This document shows positions 39,595 through 52,694 of a DNA stretch of 64,000 nucleotides, in pieces. The stretch is taken from assembly GCF_018350175.1 (NCBI RefSeq), contig NC_058368.1, forward strand, positions 62,312,001 to 62,376,000, given 5' to 3'. Below the pieces are notes generated by a model. The model searched no databases. It saw nothing but the letters and a program-made list of their open reading frames with translations, and was not told where the DNA came from. Every line of letters starts with the position of its first letter. The stretch's first letter is position 1. Source of the DNA: Felis catus (Eukaryota). The position numbers were made by a program, and so were the translations under genes.

Positions 39595-39735
39595 TTTGAT
39601 TCATTCAACAAATATGTATTTAGTACCTATTATTTGCCAGAGATTATTCTAGACACTTGGAATAAAGCAATGACTAATAGAAAAACTAATTACAATCTTC
39701 TAAGTTCTCATAGAATATACGTTCTAGCTAGTTCC
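39595..39735 (-). mobile_element. L2 3' fragment
   Basis: tcattcaacaaatatgtatttagtacctattatttgccag. Confidence 0.7.
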
Positions 39736-39929
39736 ATAGTTCCAACTGTGCCTGCACTGAATATTTGTGCTGTTATGACAGGCTTCATTGGCTTGCACAA
39801 TACTCTGTTCCAATTTGTGTATCTTTGACAGGGGTTGAATTTTTTCATTGGCAATTTTTTTCATTCCTGACCCTGAGGGAAGACTTCAGTGGGACACAGT
39901 AGGCAATCAACTGCCTACCTGCAGTTTAA

Positions 39930-40152
39930 TTTTTTTAAATATTTTTATATTTATTTTTGAGAGAGAGACACACATACACACAGAGTATGAGCAGGGGAGG
40001 GGCAGAAAGAGAGGGTGACACAGAATCCAAAGCGGGCTCCAGGCTCTGAGCTGTCAGCACACAGCCTGATGCGGGGCTCAAATTCATGAACAATGAGATC
40101 ATGACCCAGGCCTAACTCAGATGCTCAATCAACTGAGCCACACAGGTGCCCC
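39930..40152 (-). mobile_element. Can-SINE (SINEC)
   Basis: Antisense SINE; TSD ctgcctacctgcagtttaa / ctgcctgcctgtagtttaa. Confidence 0.97.
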
Positions 40153-41240
40153 TGGCTGCCTGCCTGTAGTTTAAATGGCAGGATTTATATCTGCTTTCTA
40201 ATTATGCTAATCACACTTGATATCCTGAAATTTGTGGACATCCAATAAATGGTAGAGCTTTTATGTATAAATATCATGAACAACTGTATAAAATTAAATC
40301 AGGAAGCCAAAATGCATGACCTTCAGGAAATATATAGTGAGTCTTCACATTAAGTGTGATTTTAAAAAATACACTTTGTAGATTCCTGAATATGTTAGGT
40401 AGAAAGAGAAGGCATAATAAATTGCACATGGATACTGTGAAGAAATCCCATTGGAAAAAGGACGCTTTATAATTAAAATCTTAATTTCCACTTGACCAAC
40501 TCAAGTTACCAAAATTATATTGTTATTATATAACTTTAAGAAATGGGCTATATTTGAGCTACATTATTACTAAACACAAGAGATTGAATTAAATATTTTA
40601 GCTGCTAAAGTAAGCCAATGACATACATACTAATTATTATATATTAAAATATATTTTAATGAAATTCTTGATTATTTCATTACTTTATTGTTTTTCTTCT
40701 ATGTTTATACTTCCAAAGATCTACAATTATGAATTATTTACATTCAATTTATCTAAATTTTGCCTTTATCCTACTAGCCCATTCTGAGTTTATAGAAGTA
40801 GTTATTTGAGAAGCCATATATGTAAATAATTCACACTCTCTTATATTAGAGAGGAACTATGTGATGTTAAACACCTTTTATTGAAACTTGCTGGGGGGAG
40901 AAACATAAGGGAGAATAAATTAAAATATAATTTTTACATGGCCCAAAATTTATCAGTCAACCATCAGGATAGGGCTTAAAACAGATGGTCTTATCATGAA
41001 ATATTCTCGTGTTTCCTTCTCTTACAAAGTTCCCTAACGAAGTAATAAGTTCGAAAAAGCTCTTCAAACAAGAGACCCTCTTTCCTGTCTTGGCTTACTC
41101 ACCCTCATTCTGACAGCATTTGAAACATACTATGACAACCAAATCATAATTAATTCTGAGTCACTAATTCATTCCAAAGTTACAGAAAACTTATAATCCT
41201 CTCTATAGCTGGCTTTTTAAGGTGTTTCTGTTTTTATATA

Positions 41241-41441
41241 TAATTTTTTAATGTTTATTTATTATTGACAGACAGAGAGAAACAGAGCATGAGCAGTGGA
41301 GGAGCAGAGAGAGAGGGAGACACAGAATCTGAAGCTGAGCTGTCAGTACAGAGTCGAACATGGGGCTCAAACCCAGGAAACCTCAAGATCATGACCTGAG
41401 CCGAAGTCAGATGCTTAACCGACTGAGCCACCCAGGCGCCC
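41241..41441 (-). mobile_element. Can-SINE with ~13 bp internal deletion
   Basis: Antisense SINE; gaagc joins directly to tgagc; TSD-like tgtttttatat on both sides. Confidence 0.96.
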
Positions 41442-42023
41442 TGAATTTTATGTTTTTATATGAATTTTAGAATCCATTTGTCACTATCCACAGAAAGCCT
41501 GCTGGAATTTAGGATTTCATTGTATATTTAGATCAATTAGATAGGCTTTGACATCATAACATTTTATATCTTCTGATTATGAACAAGACAGGTCTCTCCA
41601 TTTATCTAGACCTTCTTTAACTTCTATCATCAAAAGTGTGATATTCAGAGTATCAGTTTTTTCTGTGTCAGGTTTTTCTGTGTCTTATAATTTTAATGCT
41701 ATATAAATGGCATTGCTTTCTTAATTTCAATTTCTAAGTATTTATTTAAAGAATATGAATATATGGATGATGCTTTTGTATCCATCCTGTATCTTAGAAA
41801 TTAGCTAAACTCCTTAGCTTTAGTAGTTTTTTTGTGTGTTTTCCATTAGATTTCTACATTTCTTCCGTTGTCACTGAATCTCTTTTCTTTTTCATTTTTT
41901 TAACTCATGCTGCTTAGAGCCCAGTAAGTTGTTATTAAATGTACATTCTTATGTTTTTTATCAGGTAAGATCATGCTTTTCTACTCTTGGTTTGTGGCAG
42001 CAGCTATCAAAAAATAATGTTGA

Positions 42024-42221
42024 GAGGCATGTAGGTGGCTCAGTCGGTTAAGCATTCAACTCTTGATTTTGGCTCAGGTCATGATCTCACAGTTTCCTGA
42101 GTTTGAGCCCCACATTGGGCTCTGTGCTGACAGTGCAGGGCCTGCCTGGGATTTTCCCTCTTTCTCTGTCCCTCCACTGATCACACCGTCTCTGTCTCTC
42201 TCAAAATAATAAAAAAAACTT
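42024..42221 (+). mobile_element. Can-SINE (SINEC)
   Basis: Exact TSD aaaaaataatgttga at 42009-42023 and 42222-42236. Confidence 0.97.
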
Positions 42222-42399
42222 AAAAAATAATGTTGAATCTCATCCAGTGATTTGCTGTATACTTCCTCTGAGATAATTATATGAGTTTTATTTTTAGTTT
42301 TTTTAAAAATATGATACATAATTACATAATTTTTTAATACTAAACCAAACTTGTACTCCTGAAATAAACTTTACTGAATCATGATATAATACCATTTTT

Positions 42400-42614
42400 T
42401 AAATTTTTTTTAATGTTTATTTATTTTTGAGACAGAGACAGACAGAGCATGCATGGGGGAGGGTCAGAGAGAGAGGGAGACACAGAATCAGAAACAGGCT
42501 CCAGGCTCTGAGCCGTCAGAACAGACCCTGATGCGGGGCTCAAACTCACAGACCGCGAGATCATGATCTGAGCCAAAGTCAGACGCTTAACCGACTGAGC
42601 CACCCAGGCGCCCC
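42400..42614 (-). mobile_element. Can-SINE (felid type)
   Basis: Antisense SINE with several CpGs; TSD atataataccattttt / atataatatcattttt. Confidence 0.98.
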
Positions 42615-43847
42615 AATATAATATCATTTTTATAAATTGCTGGACTTCATTTGATTTTCTGTTTTTGGTTTTTGTTTTTGTTTTTTGCATCTATGTTCAT
42701 GAAGGATATTGATCTAAAGATGGACTTTTTTGTAAGTTTTTTGTCTGGTTTGGTACCAAGGTAAAGATAGCTTCAAAAAATAAGATGAAAAATATTCTTT
42801 CCTCTTCCTTTTTCTGAAAAAGCTGTGTAAGATAGGTGTTATTTCTTGCTATTAAGCAAGCATTTTCATAAAATTCTCCAGTAAAGCTTTCTGGGCCTGA
42901 TGTTTCCATTCATGGGAGAATTTAACTACAATTCTACTTCATTAAAAGAGATTGTGCTATTAAGTTGTTTTTGTTTTTTTTTCCTGTAGTGAGCTGTGAT
43001 AGATTTTTATGTCGAGGAATCTGCCCATCTCATATAATTTGTCATGTTTTTGTAGGCCATTTTTATAACATTTCTTCATTACTCTTTAGCTTCTGTATAA
43101 TAACAGATATTGGTAATTTGTATGTTTTATCTTGTTCTCTGGTTCATTCTGGCTAGGCACTGATCAGTTTTACCTGTCTTCTCAAGCAAAGTTTTTTTCT
43201 TTTATTGATTTTCTCTGTTATTTTTTGGTTTTCTTTTTCATTGATATTCTCTCGAATCTTTCCTGGTTTCTTTCTTCTGCTCAATTTCAGCCTTGTTTTC
43301 TGTTTGTTTGTTTTGTTTTTGTTTTTGTTTGGTTTTTTTTGGTCCTTCTCGTTTCTCAAAGATAAAAACTGAGTTAATTGAGTTGAGATAATTCTAGTTA
43401 TCTAAGAATGACTTTAGTGTTATAAATATACTTCTCAGTTCTACTTTAGGGGAATCTCATAGATCTTGATAGGTTGTGTTTTCATTTTCACTAGTGCAAA
43501 ATACTTTCTATCTAATTTCATTTTTTTTATTTCTTCTTTGACCTATGGGTAATTTAGTTTTCACATATATGTGAATTTCCCAGATATCTTCCTGTTGCTG
43601 ACTTCTAACTTAATATTATTACAGTCACAGAACATGTTTTATATGACTTGACTCTGTTCAAATGTAATAAGATTTGTTTATGGAGCAGAAAATATTCTTG
43701 GTGTTGAAAAGTCTTCTTTTTAGAAGGTCAATTAGGTCAAGTGGTTCTGAGTGTTGTTCAAATTTTCCATATACTTACTAATTTTCAATTTCCGTTATCA
43801 ATTCCCACTCTATTACTGGGTGCTAAATTCTCTTGATCAATGAACAC

Positions 43848-43850
<3 letters not shown>

Positions 43851-43884
<34 letters not shown>
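43851..43884. repeat. (TAT)n microsatellite
   Basis: ~11 units. Confidence 0.97.
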
Positions 43885-46103
43885 TACTCATAAAACTACC
43901 GTCTTTGTCCCTGGTAATACTCTTTGCTCTGCAATTTATTCCAGATGATATTAATAGAGACACCCTAGATTTCTTTGGACTCGTATTGACATGGTATACT
44001 TTTTTATATCCTTTAATTATTCATATTTTTGTGTCTTCATATTTAAAGTTATTTCTTATAAGCAGCATGTTAGTAGCTGTTGTATTTATATCCCATCTGA
44101 CAATACATCTCTTCCAATCAGGGTGTTTAGAATATTTTTAATTTAATGTGAATATTGATATGTTTTGCTTTAAAGTCTATCACCTTGCTAGTTTTTTATT
44201 TAGTCCATCTGTTCCTTTTTTTCTTTCTCCTTTTTTTTCCTTTTGCTTCTGTCTTAATGGGATATTACTATTCCATTTCATCTATACTGTTGGTTTGTTA
44301 TTTAAAATTAATTTTTATATCTTTACTCCATTTCCCTGAGCTTTGAAAAATAATATTTTTATTTATTATACTCTACCTAAAAATGGTATTATACCATTTT
44401 ACATGCAGTACAAAATATCAATTATTTATAAAAATCACCTTGGAATTATTGTTTATGTAAAGCCTAGTTTTTCTAGTTGTCATTCCAAAAAGTTAAGGAA
44501 AGGGAAATATTACCTGGCATATATTGTTATGCTTAAAATTCTCACCTACAGCAAAGGCTTAAAACTCTAACACTCAGTTTTTTCAAAAACTACTTACAGG
44601 TTATTTGTCAAGGCAGCAACAGTTTCCATGGGAATGGAATCAAGTACCCTCAGCTAGAGGTTTCAGGAGTCTGTTAAATTTCAGTGACTGAAACTTAGCA
44701 CTCCTCTAATAACATAATCTAATTACTAAGTGCTAAATTCGGCCACAATGTCTCAAACATACTTCTAGAGTGGCTGTCATGATTCTCTAAATAGTGGCCA
44801 ACTGGAAATGAATAATTATAGGGTGGTTTATAAAATTGTTCCACTGAAAATTGTGCATCTTTAACCCTGCACAAAACTGCCATGTTATGGAATTCACAAC
44901 TCAGTTGTATGTTTACATAAAATAGTCTAAAAATAGTATCACTCTTCAGTAATGAAGATGAAGCAATTGAATTCTCAGTGGGAGCTTAGACATATAAATT
45001 TTGTTATTTGTCATCACAATATTGGTTTTTAGATTTAGGAACCAAATACTTTATTTACCAAAATGTATACTTAATATCTTCTGATGTGATCAAATTATCA
45101 TAAAGTAGGAAGTTTAGTATCTACTTCCACTTGGCACTGTATTAATATCTGGGGCATATTGTTTCCCCCAAAATATTTTATTTACCAATATGAACTGATT
45201 TTAGTCTGTATTTTAAATTCTTTTTGGTGGAAAAATATTTTGAAAAAAATTTATATGCTCTAACAAAGTACACTTTATTCCAGATGGGCAAAGTAAAGAA
45301 AGAATGCATCAACTGGCCATGTTTCAGTCACAAGAATCTACATCAAGGGATTTGGATGAATTATCTAGTTATTTAATAGTGTTTTTCTTTCATTTTGGTT
45401 GGAAACATTTTTAGGGCAATAAATAAATAAACATAATTTTCAACAGGCTTCTTTAGAGAGAGCCAACAGGTGTACATTAATTTCCCCACTTCCCATTTCG
45501 ATAGTGGATGCCCTGTATTTATCTAATGTTCATGGCTCAGTTATAGTTCATCCAGGACTCGGTTCTGACCACCAATGATAAGAAAATAAAATGAAGAAAC
45601 TGATGTATATTCAGTGAGTGAGAAGATTTAAACAAATCTAAAAGAAAGGTTAATTATAAAATGATAAAATAAATAGATTAGTACTGAAATGACCCAGCAT
45701 TAGGAAAAAACTATATCCAAGTCAAATGCCATTTCCGTGGTAAAGTCATCTTGAACTTCACCAGAAGTACCGGGTTATTCAAGAGTTCCTTCATAACATC
45801 TATTTGATCATATTTACCACTTTATAAGACATATAAGAAGCTATCTTTTGGGTTCAATACTATTTACTTATCCAGTTATGTACCTGTTATATAAAAATTA
45901 CATGTATTCTAATATTTAATAGGCACAAAAAATTAAGAAAGCTAACTTATTCCTTCTACCCCTCTCTTCCTGTCACCCAGATTCATTATCCTGGAGCAAT
46001 TATGTTGTTAATTGTTAACAATTGTTGTTGTGCTATAGTCAAATAAAATACATCCTTATAAGAAATTATTGAACCATTGCAATATGTTGTATTAAAAAAA
46101 AAC

Positions 46104-46635
46104 TGTTTGCAGCATTATTCATAATCCTACTTGCCCTTCCAAAAAGGTATTATGCCCATCAAGAAGTGAATGAAGCCTACTTTCCTTATGTTTGCAAATG
46201 TCTGTAACTTTGTGAGTGCTTCAAAAAATAGAATTTGATTGAAGTAACAATGTAGTTTATGTAACTAGGACATAAAATGGGATGAAGCTTTCGTCTGGCT
46301 CTGTCTTTTAGCACACTTGCTCATGGAATGCAGTCACCATGTTGTAACAAATTTCTGAAACATACAGAACCACATGTAGATATTCCAGCTAAGATCCCCA
46401 TTTATCACTCATAGCCCTTATCAGCCTAAAACCACTATCAATCACCAAAATGTGAGACAACCTGTAGATAATTTTGGCCCTAGGCTTTGAGCTGCCCCAG
46501 CTGAATCCAAGTTGAGTAGAGATAGGATATAATGAGTACTGCTAAAACTAAAGACTCTTGAGCAAGATAAATGCCATCATTAAATTAGATCACTAAGCTT
46601 CAGAGTAAGTTTTGACAGTTATGGTAATCAGAATA
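46104..46635 (+). mobile_element. MaLR MLT1G/H-like LTR
   Basis: cccatcaagaagtg, gcacacttgctcatggaatgcagtcaccatgttgt, gctgccccagctga, terminal cactaagcttcagagtaagttttgacag. Confidence 0.7.
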
Positions 46636-46699
46636 GTCATGATGAAATAACTGGTATTGATTGTGTCTTTCTGCAATAAAAATTGTAAAACTAGACAAT

Positions 46700-48170
46700 A
46701 TTGAGAACAGGAACAACATAAGGGTATCCCCTTTATTTTTATTTCACATGGTATTGGAATTCCCAACCAGTGTAATAAGGCAATAAAATGAAATAAAAAT
46801 CAACATATGCTTATTTACAATTAATGACTGTCTACAAAGAGAATCCTATGGAATCTCCAGAAAAGTTAGTAAAATAATCAAGTTTGTAAAAAAGAATAAT
46901 TTTCAAGAGCAGCAAGAATCATAAAATACCTGAAGATGAACACAGTGATTGGATGTGCAGTACTTATTCAGTGATAAATACAAAATATTACTGAAAAAAA
47001 TTAAAAGCTTAAATAAACTTTATTTATAACAGGATCATGGATTTGAAAGCTCAATATATGTAAGATGACGATATGTCCTAAAGTAGTCCATAGTTATAAA
47101 ATAATCCCATCAAAACTCTAGCAAATTTTTTTCAAGAAATTAAAAACTGACTCTAAAATTAACATTAAAAGGCAAAGATCTATAAGAGCAAAACAATCTT
47201 GAAAAGAAAGATCCAATGCAGCGGTCTGTCATTACCTGTTTTTCAAAACTAACTATGAAGGCACTATTATATTCTGTGGTCTCTACAGAATAAATCCACA
47301 TCCTAATATCTTTTACTTCATTTGGAAAAAAGGCTCTTTGCAGGGGAGGTTAACTTAGAGTCTTGAGATGAGGAGATCATATTGTATTACTTGGGTGGGC
47401 TTTCAATGCCATCACCATTATCCTAATAACACTGAAACAGAGGGAGATTAGACAGACCAGAGAGAAGAAGGCAATGTGACCACAGAGGCAGAGATTGGTG
47501 TGATTAGGCCACAAGTGAAGGAGTACTGAAAGAGACCAGAAGCTAAACGATGCAAAGAATGGATTCTCCCCTAAAGGCTCCACATAGAGCATTTCTTTGC
47601 TGACATGTACATCTTGACTCAGTACAACTGACTTTGGACTTCTTGCCTCCAGAACTGTGAGAGTAAATTTCTGTTGTTTTAAAATACCAAATTTATGCTA
47701 ATTTATTACTAAAGACAAAGGAAAATAATACAAATACGATATTCAAATGCAAGTAAATGCATCCAAATAGATCAATGGAACACGACAGAGAATACAAAAA
47801 ATTAGGCCCATATTTATGTGGTCAACTTTTTTCAAAATAAAGGTCAAAGCAAATCAATGGAAAAAGAAAGTTTTTAAAATAAATTGTGCTGAAATAATAC
47901 ACTTTCCATACAGAAAAATATAAACTTCAACTCCTCTCTCATACCATACACAAATATTAATATATGATAGATCATAGAACTAAATATGAAAGGCAAATTT
48001 AAAACTATTCTAGAAGACTGCAGCATATATATAATGTAAGAAAATAAGAACAACTCTGAAGTACTTAGAAAACATTATGCTGAATGAAATAGATACAAAA
48101 GAGTAACTACTTTATGTTGAAAAGAATCAGAGTAGTGTTACCTGTCCAGGAATGTATATTCTGGCATTGA
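46700..48170 (+). mobile_element. Old L1M ORF2/3' fragments interrupted by an MLT1 LTR
   Basis: A-rich sense L1 motifs (tcatggatttgaaagctcaatat, aatagatcaatggaacacgacagag, ctcataccatacacaaa). Confidence 0.75.
47268..47732 (+). mobile_element. MaLR MLT1C-like solo LTR
   Basis: tcttgagatgaggagatcat...ggcaatgtgaccacagaggcagagattgg...gcctccagaactgtgagagtaaatttctgttgttttaa. Confidence 0.88.
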
Positions 48171-48815
48171 CAGTTGTATTTCTTCTTTTCTGATATTTTT
48201 GCCTTAATATTTTTAGTTCCTAGTATAATGTTGAACAGAAAAGATGATAATAAACCAATTTTGTTCCCATTTTTAGCATCAATGAATTAAATATTTAACA
48301 TTGTAATAAGATGTTCACCATACAATTTTTGTAAATATCCATTATCAGGTTGTTTCATTATTGTGTTATCTTCTCATTAATTTTGTTTCACTTATCATTA
48401 ATTGATAGATATAGAATTAATTAGGCTATCTCTTCTTCAGTGACTTGGATAACTTACGTCTTAAAGGGAATTTTCCCATTTCATCTAATTTTCCAATTTT
48501 GTTGGCTTAATAGTCTCATATTTTTAATACCTATTAAGGTCTATAGGATACGTAATTTCTTGCATTATTGATTGGTGTTTTCTCTCTTCAATTAAAAATT
48601 ATAACATTTTTGTTTAAATTTTCAATGAAGCAAGTTTTAGCTTTGGTACTCTGTTTATTTGCTTTTTGTTCAATTTTCTGTTTTGATCCTCTTTTTCTAA
48701 CATCCTGTGAGGGACTCTGGTCATTTATTTTAGATCTTCCTTCCTTTCTAATATAGACTTTTAACCCTATAAATTTCCCTATACATGTAACTTTAGCTGC
48801 ATACCTACACATACA
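48170..48815 (-). mobile_element. Old L1M ORF2 fragments
   Basis: ORF 48588-48845 (-) (YAAKVTCIGKFIGLKVYIRKEGRSKIND) resembles L1 ORF2p AKAVLRGKFIALNAYI. Confidence 0.75.
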
Positions 48816-49215
48816 CCAGTAAAGGGCCCTTTCACAAGGCAGCAAGAAGAGCTCTCACCAGACACTAAATTTGCTGGCACTTTCATTATATATATATTAT
48901 ATATTAATATATAATATATTATTATGTATTAATATATATGTTATATATTAATATATATGTATATATTTTAACCTGCATTTACTGAACAGTTTCTTTCTAC
49001 TCTTATTTGTTCTTCATCTGACCTCCTCTCCTATGGTGTAGGTCTGGAGTGCTTTAAAAAGTAGTGTTCTTCCAGTAATATACTTAGTAATGCAGCATAT
49101 ATACAATGTAAGAAAACAATAATTTTTCACTTGTATTGGAATTGCATGAAGTAGAATGTATCAGAAATATCATATTTGTAGGGCATGAGTCTATAGCATT
49201 AAAACAAATATTGAG

Positions 49216-49446
49216 GGGGCGCCTGGGTGGCTCAGTTGCTTAAGCTTCTGACTTTAGCTCAGGTCACGATCTGTTTGTGAGTTTGGATCCCACATCAGGC
49301 TCTGTGCTGACAGGTCAGAGCCTGGAGCCTGCTTCGGATTCTGTGTCTCCTTCTCTCTCTGCCCCTCTCTCACCCACATTCTGTCTGTCTCTCTCTTTCT
49401 CTCTCTCTCAAAAATAAATAAACATTTTTTTAAAAAGTTGAAAAAG
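49216..49446 (+). mobile_element. Can-SINE (SINEC)
   Basis: Exact TSD aaacaaatattgag at 49202-49215 and 49447-49460. Confidence 0.98.
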
Positions 49447-49879
49447 AAACAAATATTGAGTACTTAGAGTATGGACTGAATGTTTTATATTCAATACAAC
49501 GATATTACAGTTTATCATTGTATTATGAACTCATTGGCCATTATCTATTTGTTGTTGGTTTGATATAAAATAGTGACACTGACAAAGATAACACACAAAA
49601 TCAATTATATAAGTAATGCTGTAGAATCAGCCATGATAAACTAGCTAATTAGTAGCATCAGTACAGCCAACATTTAAGACATCACAGCAAATGAAAACCA
49701 GAAATGCCTTTATTTTTATAGCCTAAGTAAAAGAATCTTGGTAATGGTTTAAATTTCACAATAATCCTGAATATTTGCATGATGTTTCCAGTATTAAGCT
49801 ATGAACCTGAATGAACTTTTTTCTAAACTTGCTTCTCTTTCATAATAATAATAATTTAAAATAAATTTCAATTAAATAA

Positions 49880-50196
49880 GCTAGAGGAGAGAGCAAACTA
49901 TGATTTCCATAAAATTGTATTATGAAATCACTGTACTATGAAAAGTCATCATAAAATATGCCAATGATATTTTAGGAAAAAAAGGTATTCTTTAGTTGTG
50001 TTGAGCTGTGCATTAATAAAATCATTTAACTTTTTTTTTTACTTTGTGAAGTTTGTGGTATTTGTAACTTGTGATTTACTTTCTCATTCCTAATTCTTAT
50101 TTTTATGTAAATAAGTATTTGGAATTTACATTCTTTTCCTAAAAGGACTTCACAAATTGCATCAGCTTCAGGTACCTCAAAACCTGGATGGTCCTT
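49880..50196 (-). mobile_element. hAT DNA transposon relic (Arthur1/MER69-like)
   Basis: Terminal motif caaattgcatcagcttcaggtacctcaaaacctggat resembles the recalled hAT-Tip100 end. Confidence 0.5.
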
Positions 50197-51139
50197 TGCC
50201 TGTGTTCATACAAAATATCAATACTAACAATTAGCATTTGTTAAGAGCCAGAAAGAATATTATCTTTTCTATTGCTACAGTTGAGTGGACTCAGTCATAA
50301 CCACATTTACGCAGATAATAATTGAATTGACTTCCAAATACAGTCCGTATCTGTCTAACTCAAAAGTCTGAACTATATTGTCACTATACTCTGCTGCGTC
50401 TGATACACATGAATACCTGATTGTTTTCTGTTGTTTAGGTTTCTATTTTTTTTCCTCTGTATCATTTCCTCTGCTTCATGTACTCTCTTGCCCTTAGGGC
50501 CTTGGTCCTATAACTATTTAATATCTGACTCTGGTTTACTGACCTCAACTTGAGCCATGTCCTTTCCCTGACTGTTAAATCGAATATACCTTTCTCTCAT
50601 TTATGTGCATGAGAAGAATGATTTCTTTCATACTCATATTAATTGAAACATGCATTTTAGTGCTTTGTCCTGTGTCTTACTTTCTATCATGTTATTCTCT
50701 TTCCTGTGTGACTAACATTATTGTACGTTTTTCTAGTGTTACACATTAATCTATATCCATGATATCTGGCTCCTTATATTCCTTATTTTGACAAATTGGA
50801 GGGAACACTTTATGTTATTGATAAGCTTGTGATTCTATAAATGCATGGAGGCAATTACAAATGTAACAAAATAAATGGTTATAAAAAGTGGGGAAAACCA
50901 TAATCAACAGGTTGATAGTATTAAGAATTTGCAAGTTATTTTAAAAACTGGCAGTAATTTTATTAACATGATATGAAATTTCTTAAAACTGCCAGTAAAG
51001 GAAAACTATATGTGAATTGTTAAGATACCACTGAAAAAATCTTGTATCTTATAGGAGACCATTTTCCTTAAGTAAACCTGACTATTATATTATAGACTGT
51101 CACAAGTATCTCTCACCAATATTAATTATTAATAGATAC

Positions 51140-51590
51140 TCTTTAATTACTTGCTAAACTATAAATAACTAGCTAATTCTTACAAATTAGAGGAGTTATC
51201 ACTATCCCCATCTGACAGATTATGAAATTTAAAAAACTTGGCATATTAAATTACTTTGAAAAATTCTGTCTTGGGGCGCCTGGGTGGCGCAGTCGGTTAA
51301 GCGTCTGACTTCAGCCAGGTCACGATCTTGCGGTCCATGAGTTCGAGCCCCGCGTCAGGCTCTGGGCTGATGGCTCAGAGCCTGGAGCCTGTTTCCGATT
51401 CTGTGTCTCCCTCTCTCTCTCTGCCCCTCCCCCGTTCATGCTCTGTCTCTCTCTGTCCCAAAAAAAATAAATAAACGTTGAAAAAAAAAAGAAAAAGAAA
51501 AATTCTGTCTTAAGTGTCAGAATAAACTGTCGAGCATGTGTTTGACTTTAATTACCATGCTCTTAACCACTGTGATGTCCTGCCTTCCAG
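51140..51590 (-). mobile_element. MIR interrupted by a young SINE
   Basis: ttatcactatccccatctgacagattatgaaa...; resumes ccatgctcttaaccactgtg. Confidence 0.65.
51273..51496 (+). mobile_element. Young felid Can-SINE (SINEC_Fc-like)
   Basis: ggggcgcctgggtggcgcagtcggttaagcgtc; CpG-rich; exact TSD gaaaaattctgtctt at 51258-51272 and 51497-51511. Confidence 0.98.
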
Positions 51591-52477
51591 TTACATTTAA
51601 GTGTTCTTTAGAAAACAGAGCTGATTTTAAAGGAAACCAATCAACATAGACAGAGCTCACATACTTCAAATGATACTGCCTAATGTAAATATGAGGGTCT
51701 AATCATTCAAGTCTGCTGTTTTCTTTACTTAGGAGATACAGAAATCAAAATTCACAGGGCATATAAATCACTCAAATCTAACATAAAAAATAAAATAATT
51801 CTACTGGAAATCCATGGTATATTGTAGGTAATGAGCAATCTCTCATTAATTTGTAAAATGTGATATGTAACTAAAATAAAAGGAAAAATATGAGCTTTAT
51901 CAAAATCGATACAAGAACTAATAACAATTTGGAAATAACACAGTAACACAATAAATTGTGTGCCATTCAAGGTTTCATGAAGTAAATTTAAATTAAAAAA
52001 AAAAAGTTCTAGTTTCATTTTGGAAATTCTACCAGAACTAGGGTTTTATTGGATAGATTTGTCTAAAATCAGTTGCAGGAAAATATATGTGGTATATATT
52101 TGTGATACACATGAGTATGTGGGTGTTACTTGGTATACTTATCTTTTTCTACCAGAATATATATCCCTTTGGAAACTATTGGGTTTTCTATGCTTTATTA
52201 GTCAGTTATGCATTAGCATCTATAAAACTATGCACATTATATTAATTGGATAAACTGTAGAAAAGGAAAATCTTTGCTATTCTGGCTCTACTTAGTTTTT
52301 TCAATTTTATTCATTTACATAAATTTATTAAGGGATGATAATTATTTTAAATCTTAAATTAATATTAAAAGTATTTTTAAAAACTTTTTAAAAGTTATGT
52401 TTTTTTAATTTATGTTAAATAATATTACAGACCACATTCTAAAAAAAATTGACAGTGGGTTAAATATGGGAAAATTA

Positions 52478-52694
52478 GGGGCGCCTGGGTGGCTTGGTCG
52501 TTTAAACTTCCGACTTCGGCTCAGGTCATGATCTCACAGTCCGTGAGTTTGAGCCCCGCATGGGGCTCTGTGCTGACAGCTCAGAGCCTGGAGCCTGTTT
52601 CAGATTCTGTGTCTCCCTCTCTCTCTGCCCCTCCCCTGTTCATGCTCTGTCTCTCTCTGTCTCAAAAATAAATAAACGTTAAAAAAATTTTAAA
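52478..52694 (+). mobile_element. Can-SINE (felid type)
   Basis: TSD aaatatgggaaaatta / aaatatggggaaatta. Confidence 0.98.

Larger units (their letters stand above)
41190..44450 (-). mobile_element. Old L1M ORF2 region, degraded, carrying three SINE insertions
   Basis: ORF 42697-42909 (-) (SGPESFTGEFY...LTQLFQKKEEE...FFEAIFTLVP) matches the L1 ORF2p GPDGFTGEFY / SFYEASITLIPK region. Confidence 0.9.

Noticed and set aside
51273..51360. tRNA gene calls from tRNA-like SINE heads
   Set aside because: Each head continues into a (CT)n region and A-rich tail with TSDs, so these are Can-SINEs and not tRNA genes.
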